Positions 32,000-44,602 of a stretch of 64,000 bases of DNA are shown here, in pieces (within the stretch, counting starts at the first letter, position 1; each line of letters opens with the position of its first letter). Position numbers and translations under genes: made by a program. Location: contig JAQGDQ010000575.1 of assembly GCA_030141605.1 (NCBI GenBank), forward strand, positions 62,001 to 126,000, given 5' to 3'. The notes beneath the pieces were generated by a model. That model was not told where the DNA came from, made no database searches, and saw only the letters and a program-made list of their open reading frames with translations. This stretch comes from Tubiluchus corallicola (Eukaryota; Animalia; Priapulida).

Positions 32000-33750
32000 T
32001 AATAAACCCTTCTAGACAACGCATTAGTTTTCATTGTCTCGCCAAGTGAGAAACAGCAGGAAAAGCTTCTCTGCGTTACTTCAGTTTAGCAAATAGGACC
32101 GAATATGAAGAAGCCAAAGCTCAATTCGACATCGAACTAAATACAGCTAAAGACGAGTGGCTTCGTAAGAATACGGAAAATCTAAATGCAAACAGAGTGA
32201 ATTTTTTGGAGAGCATACACGAGTATTTGGCATCAACGAAGAAGCGGCGGAATCGTTATATAGAACATACTGTAGTGGAAGGCATTTAGAGAACAACACA
32301 TTTGATAATAACTGGAAAAGCCAAGCGAATTTAGCAGTAGAACAGTTAAACTGGGACCAGCAGACGGGCTTTGGCTTAAATGCGCCGTTCTCAGCAGGCG
32401 AAATCGAAAAGTCACAAAAGAAGCTCCCGTTCACTGACACTCTGTCCACATCGACAACTGCATCATCTGTTGTTTAAAAATGTTGATATTAAATGGCAAA
32501 TCTGTATTTGATAAACGAGTATTGGTTCTGGTACATTACCCATTGTACCAAAATGATAACATTCATTCAGACCCATTTTTCATTTTTCCACGTCCCCTCT
32601 AGTATTCTACATCTGGATTACAGATCTAAGAAATAATATAATTCTATTCAATCATCTGTGCACAATGCCAATCTTAAGTTTTCTTTTTATTATCACTTTG
32701 ACACAGGAGTTAAATTTTACTGTGTCGTAGTCAATCTTATTCTTCATTTCGATTGTAATCTCTGTAGAATTTATTTAAATTATTGTGTCCTAACTGTGTC
32801 TAGTATTTTTAATAATTTTATATGATCTAATACTGTACATACTGTAATATTGTTTTATACTATAAAAGTTCTTCTGTGTATCTTTTTAATATTGCATGTA
32901 CTTATAATTTTAATCTTTTAACTTGCACTTTGTGGAACTAGTATAATATGCACCAGACGCATTTGCTCCAAGCGATTTCGAAAAAGCTTTTGATAGTGTT
33001 TGGATTCAGGGATTACCGTTTAAATTACATTCGTTTCAGGTTAGAAGGCATACACTAAAACTCTTAGCTAATATGTTAATTATGTTAATATGCCTCTACA
33101 AGGCAAGTGTAACGACAGAGTTCTTCAGGGGTCAGTCGTGTCGCCTTTGTTGTTTCTAGTGTACGTATCTGAAATGTTTACGAGTTATCACTAAACACCA
33201 ACAAATTTAAGTGTGCAGACGTTGGTATGGTTTATGTTTTTCTACAGATGCAAAAATACTTGTTGCGAAAAAATTTGTTAATTGTGCAACAGGTGGTGGC
33301 GCTTAAAAATTAACACTAATAGACGTTAAGAAAACTGAAGCTCTATTGGTAGGGCGTGAAATGGCATCGTTCACAGCTTTTTTGGCCCGCAACATATAAT
33401 GTACGTATAGTAAAGCAAAGCGTTGGGGAATTGACATTGATAATCTGGCCTCCTTTGAAAATCTTGTTAATAAGACGCGCAAAAAGCCTAGTGGCGTGGG
33501 GAAAAATGTTAAAAGTGCCGTAAATTCAGTGGGCTCTAGGGGCACTATAATAAATCTGTTAAGAGTAACCATTTTACCCACAATTCTCTGTGGTTGTACT
33601 GCGTGGTCGGTGCGAAAGTATTCGATGTGTGATGACGTAATGTAAGATGCCATGAAAACAGCTTTGGGGGCAGTTTTAAACCTGCGCGAGGTTAATATGT
33701 CGTCTCCTCTTTTTGGTGTTAATAGTTGATGTCATAGGTGTCAAATGCAT
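32000..33750 (+). mobile_element. Heavily decayed non-LTR retrotransposon RT (I/Jockey-like), interrupted by an AT-rich insert at about 32520-32965
   Basis: DFEKAFDSVWIQGL (about 32974), VLQGSVVSPLLFLVYV (about 33120), degenerate CADV for YADD, WGIDIDNLASF; many stops and frameshifts. Boundaries approximate. Confidence 0.75.
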
Positions 33751-35945
33751 TTTAAATTGTTGCGCAGTGATATGCCACTTAATCTACTTAAAGCAAAAGT
33801 CAAGTCTCTCGGGAAGTTGAGTTTATTCTAATACTTGAGAAAAACCTTTGAAAGTTTCAGCAATAAAATTGTATTAAGCATCTCGTGTAATTAGTAAAAT
33901 CAATTAAAGTCGCCGTTACTTCAGGCTTGGGCGCGCCCATTTTAGACGAAAAAAGGGCGTCATCCGGTTTCAGTGCAATATAAACACTTATCCCGCCAAG
34001 TGCTTCAGAATCTTTTTTTGTCTTGTAGAGCGAACTCTATAAACTAAGCAACCAGCCCGGCACCTACTACGTGCTCGAAAGTTTACAAAGTCTGGCAATT
34101 AATTACATTTACACAATTAATGTGCACTACTTACACATTTTAAGGCATAATCCTGTCCTGTGGATTAAAGCTGTGTAATCACTTTAAACTTGGTCATAAT
34201 TGATCCAATCACTAATTTTTACATAAACACAGTTAAACACAACGCCAGAATGAATTTTTGAGTGAACTGTAGAAATTTTGCAAGGCGTACCATCACACAG
34301 CTTGCCTTCATGGTATTCACGCTGCCCAGGGGACACCAGCTTACGTCATTTTTTTTAAATATGCCGGCATCAACGTTCTTTTCGCGGGATGATAAAAAAT
34401 ATTTAAATTTCTTTTACATTTTTAAGCAAAGCATTCCATGTGCATATATTGTGTGGTAATTTCAATATTTTTAATTGTTCATTAAAATCCAATAAATGCT
34501 GTTCGAGGATTGGTTCTTTATTTAAGCATATAATTTTAGGCCTTGAAACAGATCTAAATCCAAGTAATTTTATGCCTTGATAACAGATCTAAGTCCAGGT
34601 AAGACGAGTGAGAACAATTGCGTTATCATTCTTACCTACGCAAGGCAATTTTAAAAGTTCTTTGGGGCAGATTGAGCTTAGTAGATAGTCCTTATTGTGA
34701 TTGTTGTGTACTTACTGGATGACTGCGTATCTTTCAATAATGAAAAATGTCGCGAAGTTCATTTCATAATTACTTCGCGTTTGATTAACTTGACTTGTAG
34801 AACACCACAAGTAGTTGCGCGGCCTGCTTAAATATAAGCGCTATGCAAATACATGCAATTAATAAAGGCCACGTAGGAACAAGGTAAATAGTGTTTCTAA
34901 TACACCACAAGTAATTATTTAATCTGCTCAATACATAATTAACCGTCAATTTACAACAGAGATGGGCGGGACAGAACTATCAGCCTAGGCGTCGTAAAGT
35001 CTTGATAAGCCCCTGTTTCAGCCAAGAGATGGCATTAGCGTATGTTTAAACACATTTTTAATTAAAAACGTACCAGTAATTTTTCAAAAACCGGCAAAAC
35101 ACACAATTTCATAAATAAGAACATCGGGTGTGATTATAATCAAAGTTATCAAGTAAATTGCAATTGTGTACGATTTTAGAGAGTTTTTATTGGTAATCAT
35201 CAGTTAAAAATGAAGGTAAAACTTTTAAAGAAAAAGCCAATTGTCGAACAGCATTCACTGCATTTTAATGCGCATTTAAAAATACTGAAATTACCACATA
35301 ACATACGCGCATAAAAAGTTTTGCTTGAAATTTAAATCATTTTTATCTACCACCAAACGAATCTCGCTGCGGGTATATGTTTGAAAAAATGACGTAGCTG
35401 GTGAACAAAGCTTCTGCAGTTCACATAGAAATTTCGCTATTGTAGCTTCTTAAATATCTGTGCTTAACTTTGTTATTGCAAAAATTGGTCTCCAGATAAA
35501 CTAGTGACAACTTCAAAGTGCTTATATATCTTTAATCCAGAGGATTATATCTCAAAAGGCGTAAGTACTATAGGCAATAATTATAGGTAAAAACGAGTCC
35601 GCCAGCTCACAGCATACAAAAATGCCGGCTGATCTCTCGCTTAACGTTATGGATTGTTTATAGTTAGTAATAGTAACTGCTGCTGCAAAAAGTTTGTTCA
35701 ACCACGTGGCAAATTACTGTTTATATTGTACGGTAACTCAATGACGCCATTTTTCGTTGAAAATGAGCGCGCCCACGTGTGAAGTGATCGTGATTTTAAA
35801 GTGATTTTACTAATTACATGAAACTTCCCAACATTTTCCTCAATTATCAAAGTAAGCTCTACTTCCTGAGAACCTTGGCTTTTGCTTTAAAATCAATGTA
35901 TAACTGTAGAGTACAATTAAGTGCAAAGATTCATAGAGTTCTACC

Positions 35946-36470
<525 letters not shown>

Positions 36471-36709
36471 CGTCTCCTTTGAAAGAACACTTAAGACCAC
36501 TGTGAAATTAAATCCAATGCGCCTATATGATAATATAAATTTAATTTAATTTGACTAGACAATGAGATACACAAACTACCACAAGCTTCTTCTTTTTCTG
36601 CACTTTATCTTGTGTAATTCTTTTTGCAAAAAACTAATTTCATGTATAATTTGCCCAAGAAAGTCCATTTATTAGTGCTTTCGCAAGTTCACAGTCTCTG
36701 AATTGATAT

Positions 36710-39700
36710 TTATCCAAGAGTCCTGGTATCCAGAGGCGGGCAATCCTTTGAGTCTAAAAATAAATAATGAGTCTAAAAATAAATAATTGCACAACAATGT
36801 TTGGCAAGTATGCTGTAAAAATATTCACAACATCAACAACATTGGGCATTGAAGTCCATTTACAATTACTGCCACAAGATCTGTTAAATTTCAGTCAGTC
36901 CAAAATGTAGAAAGAGCTTTAATAACGTTTAAATCTTTGAAGCCGAATTCACGAAACTCATGGCAGTTCTGCTAATATAATTAAGCTGTAATTATAATGT
37001 AAAAATAAGTTTTGCAAAAAATAGATAGACTATTTAAATAGGCAAATATTAATGGCAGAAAAGCTTCAATTCAAAAGATTTTTGACTCTTTTTGGAACAA
37101 ATGTTTTACAAAATTAAGAGGCACTGTGGCTGGTAAGCGAATGGATGAGCGACCACCAAACAGTATTCTTGTGTAGTTCGCTGACGTCCTTCAGTTATTT
37201 TGCTAGGCGGAGATGCAACAAACGCAACAAATGCAACAAACACGGTTCTGCCGGTTCCATGTTTTGGTTCAGAAGTTTTTTTTACCAAGTAACTGATAAT
37301 AATAAACGCTTTATTTCACAAACATAAATACAAATACGATTAACAAATCACACACTTAAATAAACAACACACAAAGGAACACTTTCCTACAAATACAGGG
37401 CTATTTTTAAGCATGTGTTTAAGCAAGTAATCGGGTTCTAATTCTGTCTACCCACTTAATAGGAAATGGTAACTGGCCTTAGACTACGGCCAAATCACGT
37501 TGAAAACACCGGTTCTCGTCTAATCACCGAAGTTAAACAACGTAGCGCCTGGTTAGTACTTGGATGGGTGACCACCTAGGAATGCCAGGTGCTGTAGGCT
37601 TGCGGGATGCCCACACTGTATCTCGACACTAGGCGGAGGAGCTGCACAAGCAGCCAATGGCTAGAGGGCGGAGGTGGTCAAGTGACCCAACGGCCATGTG
37701 TAGAGGAGTAAACCTTCCAAATCAGGAGAGGAGCCCCGAAGGCGGACCAGTAGTGCAGCATGCTCACTGACTCCGGCAGCTCCTGCGGCCAACCTGGTTC
37801 CAAACGTATCGCTCCGCTTTCCTTTGAACTACACCAGGGAGGAAGAGAGGGGGTTCCGGTTGTCTGGGCAACTCAGGATCTCCATACACCTTGCCCAGGT
37901 ATGCGCCCTGGAGGCGTTCAAGGAACGCACTGCTCAGCCACAGTCGCCGCTGCAGCTCCATCAATGTGATCAATAACTGACTCTCTTGGCGCACACTTCC
38001 GAGACAGAAGGATGCCAACAACAAACAAGCTTTGTTTAGGACAATTTGTTTTAACAAAATCCTAGGATGGGATGCAGGGACGAAGGGGAGAGCAGAGAGG
38101 AAAGTGAAAGGATTACATACCAATCATTGTTTGTATCTCATGTACAATCTTGCGGAGGAAATCACACCTCTTTGTCATAGAGCCACCTTCTTTCACCTCA
38201 AATTCATCACCAATGTTGAGGTACATTCGTTCTTCTGTTGTAAACTCTGGCCACCACGCTGTATCCATAGCGCCACCTTCATTAGGATTTCTGAGACAAA
38301 ACAACGCTCAATTAGTAGACACATTTTGACTATACAGTAGGCGTTCATTATTATTATTCAATTGTTGATGCTTTTTGCGATTATTGTTGAAACTATTGTC
38401 TTCTGCTGCAGTTACTGTTGTTGCTGCTACTGTAGCTGTTGATGTCTCTGTTGCTGTCATTCGTGGTTGATGTCTCTGTTGTTGTCGATGTCGTTGCTAG
38501 CGACGTTATTGTTTTTTCTTACTGTCACTATGCTGTTGCTGCAGTTTCTCTTGTTGTTGCTGCTACTGTAGCTGTTGATGTCTCTGTTGCTGTCATTCGT
38601 GGTTGATGTCTCTGTTGTTGTCATTCGTGGTTGGAGTTATGTTTTTCTTGTTGTCACTATGTGTTGCTGCATTTCTCTTTTTGTTTTTGTTGCTGTTACT
38701 GTTGTTGCTGCTATTGTAGCTGTTGATGTCTCTGTTGCTGTCATTCGTGGTTGATGTCTCCGTTGTTGTCGATGTCGTTGTTAGCGACGTTATTGTTTTT
38801 TCTTAATGTCACTGTGCTGTTGTTGTAGTTTTTCTTTTTGTTTTTGTTGTTGTTGCTACTGCTGCTTTTGCTATACATGCAACAATATGACTGCAAACTG
38901 CATTGCCAATAACTCTAAGAAATGAAAGACGTTTTTTCGCAAAATCTTTAATCTTTACCACATTATCTTTTGTACTATATTATTTGGCTTTTACTTACCG
39001 CTGCTTTTTGTTTACCATTTTCCTGTATGTTTAGATATCTTTGATTGCATTTTCATCCTTCAGTTATTTAAAGTTGATTAGAGAATTTTAAACAGATCAA
39101 CTTGCTAAGTAAAATAGTAATAATGTAATTTCACTACTATTCATGAGTGAAATAGCTACAGTGTCATCCCAATAATCACATACATCCATTAAAGGATGGC
39201 TTGACTAGTTGACCTTCTTGGTCTTTCGCCATCCTATTTCCATTCTGATAATTAAATACATTTACTTGCCTCAGTTATATCATGAATATGGAAATAAATG
39301 CACGTCTTGAATTGAATTGAATTGAATTGAATTTACTATCCGACGTCCTTTAACTAATGAATGCAAATTACCTTTTTAATACACTGATGTATTATGGTAC
39401 TTTCACACGGTATAGTCTGTACTGTTACTCAAAAAAGTTTTTTGTTCTCCAAACTCACCCATTTTTTGCAAAATTATGGAAGTACGTCATCAAGGATTTG
39501 CTGATAGTTCTTTCATAATCGGTAAAGTTAGCTGTGGTGATAAGAGGCGATCCTAACATAAAGTCCAAATCGTCTCCATGTGCTACTCCAAGCCACTCTG
39601 GCCAGTGTGTACCAACTGGCCGATGGTCAAACGTGTACCAGTAAACATGACCACCTCTGTCAGACCAGCGTTCAGCAAACTCCAAAGAAGGGCAGATAAA

Positions 39701-40957
39701 GTAATAGTCACTGTAAAAGTTTGAAAGTGCCTTAATACACTGTTCATCGCCATAGGGATATTCAATATATGTATGAGCTACAATTTTCTGTACTATTTCA
39801 TCTTTATAAACCTCACTGATGGCAGTGACGTATTCGGTGTCGCTGCAGTTGGGATCGTGGTTTGTTGGTAGCAGCTTCAGTCCAGTTATTAAATGAAACT
39901 CAGAACCTTCATCTTTTGTTAACGAAATAATAACAGGAATTTCAACATTTGCTTCGTCAATGGCGCTCTCTGGTGGCAATATCAGGAACTCACCATCAAG
40001 AGTTGGGACCATTCCTCTGCCATGCATGCCACCAGGCTTTGGCACTGTGTACTGCAAAATGTTTATTGCCGAGGCATTGGCTTCTCTCATACAAGACATG
40101 TCAACAATGTGATCTTCCACACATCCCAGTGAATCGGCAATGCTTGTAGAAACCGCAAGGGCATCCTCGGGTTTTTCATAACACCAGTTGTTCTTCCATT
40201 CATTTGGGGCTCCGCTTTGCATGATAGCTGAAGAAAATAACCCTTTACTAAGGGGAGAGATGAGATGGTAACCCACACTTGCTCCTCCAGCACTGAATCC
40301 CTCAATAGCGATCCTGTTTTTATCCCCACCAAAAGCTTCAATATTATCGTGCACCCACTGAAGTGCCAAAACCTGGTCAAACAGGCCTTGATTTCCTGGT
40401 GATTCCGTGTTGTTCAGGAACATGAAACCAAATGGACCAAGTCTATAGTTGATGGTGACTATGATCGTGTTTGCAAATGACGGATTAATGGTTCCATCGA
40501 TCAACTTCATACTCGCTGCTCCAGCCACGAAACCACCACCATGAATAAGGACAACCGTTGGTAGACCTTTAGCATCTTGTGGAGCAAACACGTTCAAATA
40601 CAGACAGTCTTCACTTACTTTAGTAGTGAGATCATATTTATCTGTTGTCTTTAGCTCCTCTCCCCAGTTCTCATACAAATCCTGAAACTGGAAACAAGAA
40701 TTGTGTGGCGTTGTCGCCTGTTTTCTTCCTTTCCATGGCTTTACAGGCACCGGTCTGGCAAATCTCAAGTTACCAACTGGAGGCTCTGCAAAAGGAATTC
40801 CTAGGAAAGTACGAATTCTTTTATCTAGCACTTCTTGCACAAAGCCTTGTACTCGACCTGTGGTTGTCTTGACAACTGGTCTTTTTTCCGTTTCACTTGC
40901 TGAGGCTAAGGAAAGAAAGCAGCTGACGAGCCAAATAAGTAGAACAAACCTTTGCAT
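36710..40957 (-). CDS. Cholinesterase-like carboxylesterase 3, predicted secreted, about 570 aa
   Basis: Exons 40957-39459, 38290-38121 and 36753-36710. Signal peptide, EGFSAG, KDEG, VAHGDD, FAKNG|NPN. Last exon DSKDCPPLDTRTLG* is homologous to the start of the gene 1 last exon. Confidence 0.9.
37482..38023 (+). mobile_element. 5S rRNA-derived SINE (full-length 5S head, about 420-bp body, (CAA)n tail)
   Basis: GACTACGGCC...GAAGTTAAACAACG...GTTAGTACTTGGATGGGTGACC...GTGCTGTAGGCTT (about 120 nt), no oligo-T terminator, GC-rich body shared with 45365 and 48745; degenerate TSD AACTGGCCTT/AACAAGCTTT. Confidence 0.9.
38400..38870. repeat. Degenerate (GTT/GCT)-rich intronic minisatellite
   Basis: Contains scattered copies of the 28-bp unit that is tandemly expanded at 46321-46676. 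Confidence 0.8.
39195..39250 (+). mobile_element. CR1-like 3' terminal fragment (paralogous copy at about 46937-46992)
   Basis: GACTAGTTGACCTTCTTGGTCTTTCGCC...ATTCTGAT resembles the CR1 3' stem-loop end as recalled; GGATGGC/GCCATCC can pair. Confidence 0.45.
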
Positions 40958-41010
40958 GGTGGAGATTCTGCTAAAGCAAAGAAAAACACATTATTTTTTT
41001 ATACATTACA

Positions 41011-41057
41011 TATCTACGGCCATATCACGTTGAAAACATCGGTATACATTATGTAAG
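41011..41057 (+). mobile_element. Internally deleted remnant of the 5S SINE, paralogous to 48744-49268
   Basis: First about 32 nt of the 5S head, filler, and terminal AAG between intact TATACATTACA TSDs (41000-41010, 41058-41068). Confidence 0.9.
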
Positions 41058-41159
41058 TATACATTACACGCGCAGTCCTCATAAGTGAGGTTTTCAGTAC
41101 GTAGAATTAAAAAATTAAAAATAATCAATATAAAAAACAAAGTATCCTAATTAATATTA

Positions 41160-41640
41160 CATAAAAGAATGGTTGTAAAGCTTGATTAGAGTTGAAAACA
41201 AAATTAAATGCATTGTAACTAACCACTATTTATAAGTAATTCGATGAGTTTCTTTTTAAATATTTCAGATTTTATAATTTTACTTAATTCAATTTTGATT
41301 GCATGTTGATAGTAATGCTTGCTTGTCCTGACTATAAACCGTCTTGTACCAGCATTAAATTTTACAGTTGGAATGAATAGTACATTCGACTGTTTAGTAG
41401 TGCGACAGATCATTACAGTTGAAATTTAGCTGATTATAGATGTACGTTGGTTGTTTACTGACTAATATTTTGTGGAGCAAGCAAACACCTGCAAATATAG
41501 CTAATTGTTTAACAAATAAAAGCTTCAAATTTATGACGTCAGATTAGTTGTCATATTTTCCCAACAGCATTACATTATTTTTGAAGAATTTAAAACAGAC
41601 GGCGATTTGATCAGGTAGGCCTGTGAGTAGAATATTTCGA
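41160..41640 (-). mobile_element. CR1/L2-type LINE 3' fragment (partial paralog at about 49340-49660)
   Basis: ORF 41219..41413 RTTKQSNVLFIPTVKFNAGTRRF...IFKKKL matches the ORF2 C-terminal pattern. Confidence 0.55.
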
Positions 41641-42399
41641 TGAGAATGAGTAATTCATCATCATCATCGTATGCCCATTGCGTCTATTGTAGACATTGGG
41701 CAGGCAGAACTCTAAAATAAAAGAAATCTACCCATAAGACTGAAAATCCAGCAAAAATTAAACACTGCTATGACAGGGTTTGTCAGCACTACTTCCGCTC
41801 AATGAGAATGAGCAATTGGTCTTTTCGTACTCAAAGCTGTTCCGCCAAAACGCAGTGAAAATAGTTCTTTTATAACAAAAATTTAAATTTCTAGATGTTA
41901 ACATAATTATACATTAACTGAACATTTTTATAAACCATGATTCGCAATACCTTTGATATTGCTTTGCAACCAATCTTTATATTTCAGAAGAATTAAATTA
42001 AATTAGAATTAAGGTACGTGTTGGCGCATGAATACAAAATGCATGGAGATCTTGGCGCATGCGTGGAGGTGTTTTACTGGTTGCGGAGTTGGCGACGTCA
42101 AGGTTTATGCCATCGTCTTGAAAATGACATTATAATAAATAGTATTTTTATTATTTTTATAAAACAAACTCTGATTGATCGGAAAACTTAACTTAATGAT
42201 TGACAGAACATTTATTTCAAATTTAACCAGATAGCTTTTGCACACCATGATGCCCAACGTCAGTCAAATAAAAACGAAAAGAATCTGCCTTTGGGTGAAA
42301 TTTAATTTTTTCGACACAATTATGCATTTCATAAATAAGCTAACATGAATGATTGTCTAATTTACGTATTTGTTTATGATCTTTCCTTTTTTACTATTC

Positions 42400-42931
42400 A
42401 TAGTGCAACTAGACATTGTTGCAACTAGAGATAGTGCAACTAGATATTGTTGCAACTAGAGATAGTGCAACTAGATATTGTTGTAACTAGAGATAGTGCA
42501 ACTAGATATTGTTGCAACTAGAGATAGTGCAACTAGATATTGTTGCAACTGCAGATAGTGCAACTAGATATTGTTGCAACTAGAGATAGTGCAAGAAGAT
42601 ATTGTTGCAACTGCAGATAGTGCAACTAGATATTGTTGCAACTAGAGATAGTGCAAGAAGATATTGTTGCAACTAGAGATAGTGCAACTAGATATTGTTG
42701 CAACTGCAGATAGTGCAACTAGATATTGTTGCAACTAGAGATAGTGCAAGAAGATATTGTTGCAACTAGAGATAGTGCAACTAGATATTGTTGCAACTAG
42801 AGGTAGTGCAACTAGATATTGTTGCAACTAGAGATAGTGCAACTAGATATTGTTGCAACTAGAGATAGTGCAACTAGATATCGTTGCAACTGGATATAGT
42901 GCAACTAGATATTGTTGCAACTAGAGATAGT
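42400..42931. repeat. 31-bp minisatellite, about 17 copies
   Basis: Unit ATAGTGCAACTAGATATTGTTGCAACTAGAG. Confidence 0.95.
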
Positions 42932-43089
42932 ACACAAGTGCTATATACTGCAACAAATTCAAAACAAAAAGAACCAGCAAAAATGAAGGTGCTGTAAAGA
43001 TAGCTATCTTAAGCAGCCGATATGTAAACTAAACTGTACCATATTCCTTAGTTAAGATATCACTCAAACGTACTTTGTTTAACACTTAC

Positions 43090-43200
43090 CCCGATGGTTC
43101 AATTTGTTTCCATCCAATGCACAAGCTTGCCACTGTCTGATGATCCTAAACCTAAGTCAGTAAGTGCCTCGCCAGCAGCTGAATACTGGTGGGATCAAGG
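43090..43200 (-). promoter_or_regulatory. Putative non-coding first exon and promoter of esterase gene 3
   Basis: G|GTAAGT donor at 43088-43089; GATCAAGG at 43193-43200. Confidence 0.55.
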
Positions 43201-44305
43201 TTAGAGCGTTTTTAAGCAGGCTTATAAATAAACTGTTGCTTCTTACCGAGTGGTTTCTGGATTCAGTTGGTTTTATTTGCAAACTCCCCTCATAATGACA
43301 GAATGGGGGCATTTGAACCCACACTGTGAAGCTGCGAATGGCAAAGAAGTTGTTATGTGTGATGACCTAGCAAGTAACACCATTGTTGCGATGGGACAAC
43401 ATTGTTCTTATTATTGTTGTTGTTGTCATTATAATCCAAGTAAATTGCAATTGTGTACGAGTTTAGAGAGTTTTTTATTGGTAATCATCAGTTAAAAATG
43501 AAGGCAAAACTTTTAAAGAAAATGCCAACTATCGAACAATATTCACTGAATTTTAATGCGCATTTAAAAATACTGAAATTCCCACATAACATACGCGCAT
43601 AAAAAGTTTTGCTTGAAATTTAAATCATTTTTATCTACCACCAAACGAATCTCGCTGCGGGTATGTTTGAAAAAATGACGTAAGCTGGTAACCAGCACGA
43701 AAGTAAGAAAGCTTCTGCAGTTCACATAGAAATTTCGCTATTGTAGCTTCTTAAATATTTGTGCTTAACTTTGTTATTGCAAAAATTGGTCTCCAGATAA
43801 ACTAGTGACAACTTCAAAATGCTCATATTCTTTAATCCACAGGATTATATCTCAAAAGGCGTAAGTACTATAGGCAATAATTATTTGTAAAAACGAGTTC
43901 TGCCAGCTCACAGAATACAAAATTGCCGGCTGGTATTAATAATCTCTCGTTTAACGTTTTGGATTGTTTATAGTTAGTAATAGTAACTGCTGCTGCAGAA
44001 AGTTTGTATAAGCACATGGCAAATCAGTGCTTATATTGCACGGTAACTCAATGACGCCATTTTTCGTTGCAAATGAACGCGCCTACGTGTGAAGTGATCG
44101 TGACTTTAAAGTGATTTTACTAATTACGTGAAACTTTCCAACATTTTCCTCAAATATCAAAATAAGCTCTACTTTCTGAGAACCTTGGCTTTTGCTTTAA
44201 AATCAATGAATAACTGTAGAGTACAATTAAGTTCAAAAATTCATAGAGTTCTCCCCCCTCTCTCTCCCTCTCTCTCTCTCTCTCCCTCTCTTTCTCTCTC
44301 TCCCT

Positions 44306-44356
<51 letters not shown>

Positions 44357-44602
44357 CTCTCTCTCTCGCGTCTCCTTTGAAAGAACACTTAAGACCACTG
44401 TGAAATTAAATCCAATGCGCCTATATGATGATATAAATTTAATTTGACTAGACAATGAGATACACAAACTACCATAAGCTTCTTCTTTTTCTGCACTTTA
44501 TCTTGTGCAATTATTTTTGCAAAAAACTAATTTCATGTATAATTTGCCCAAGAAAGTCCATTTATTAGTGCTTTCGCAAGTTCACAGTCTCTGAATTGAT
44601 AT

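Noticed and set aside
37482-37601. Functional 5S rRNA genes (also 45365 and 48745)
   Set aside because: No oligo-T terminator, fused to a shared body and tail, flanked by TSDs, and carrying scattered substitutions; these are SINE heads.
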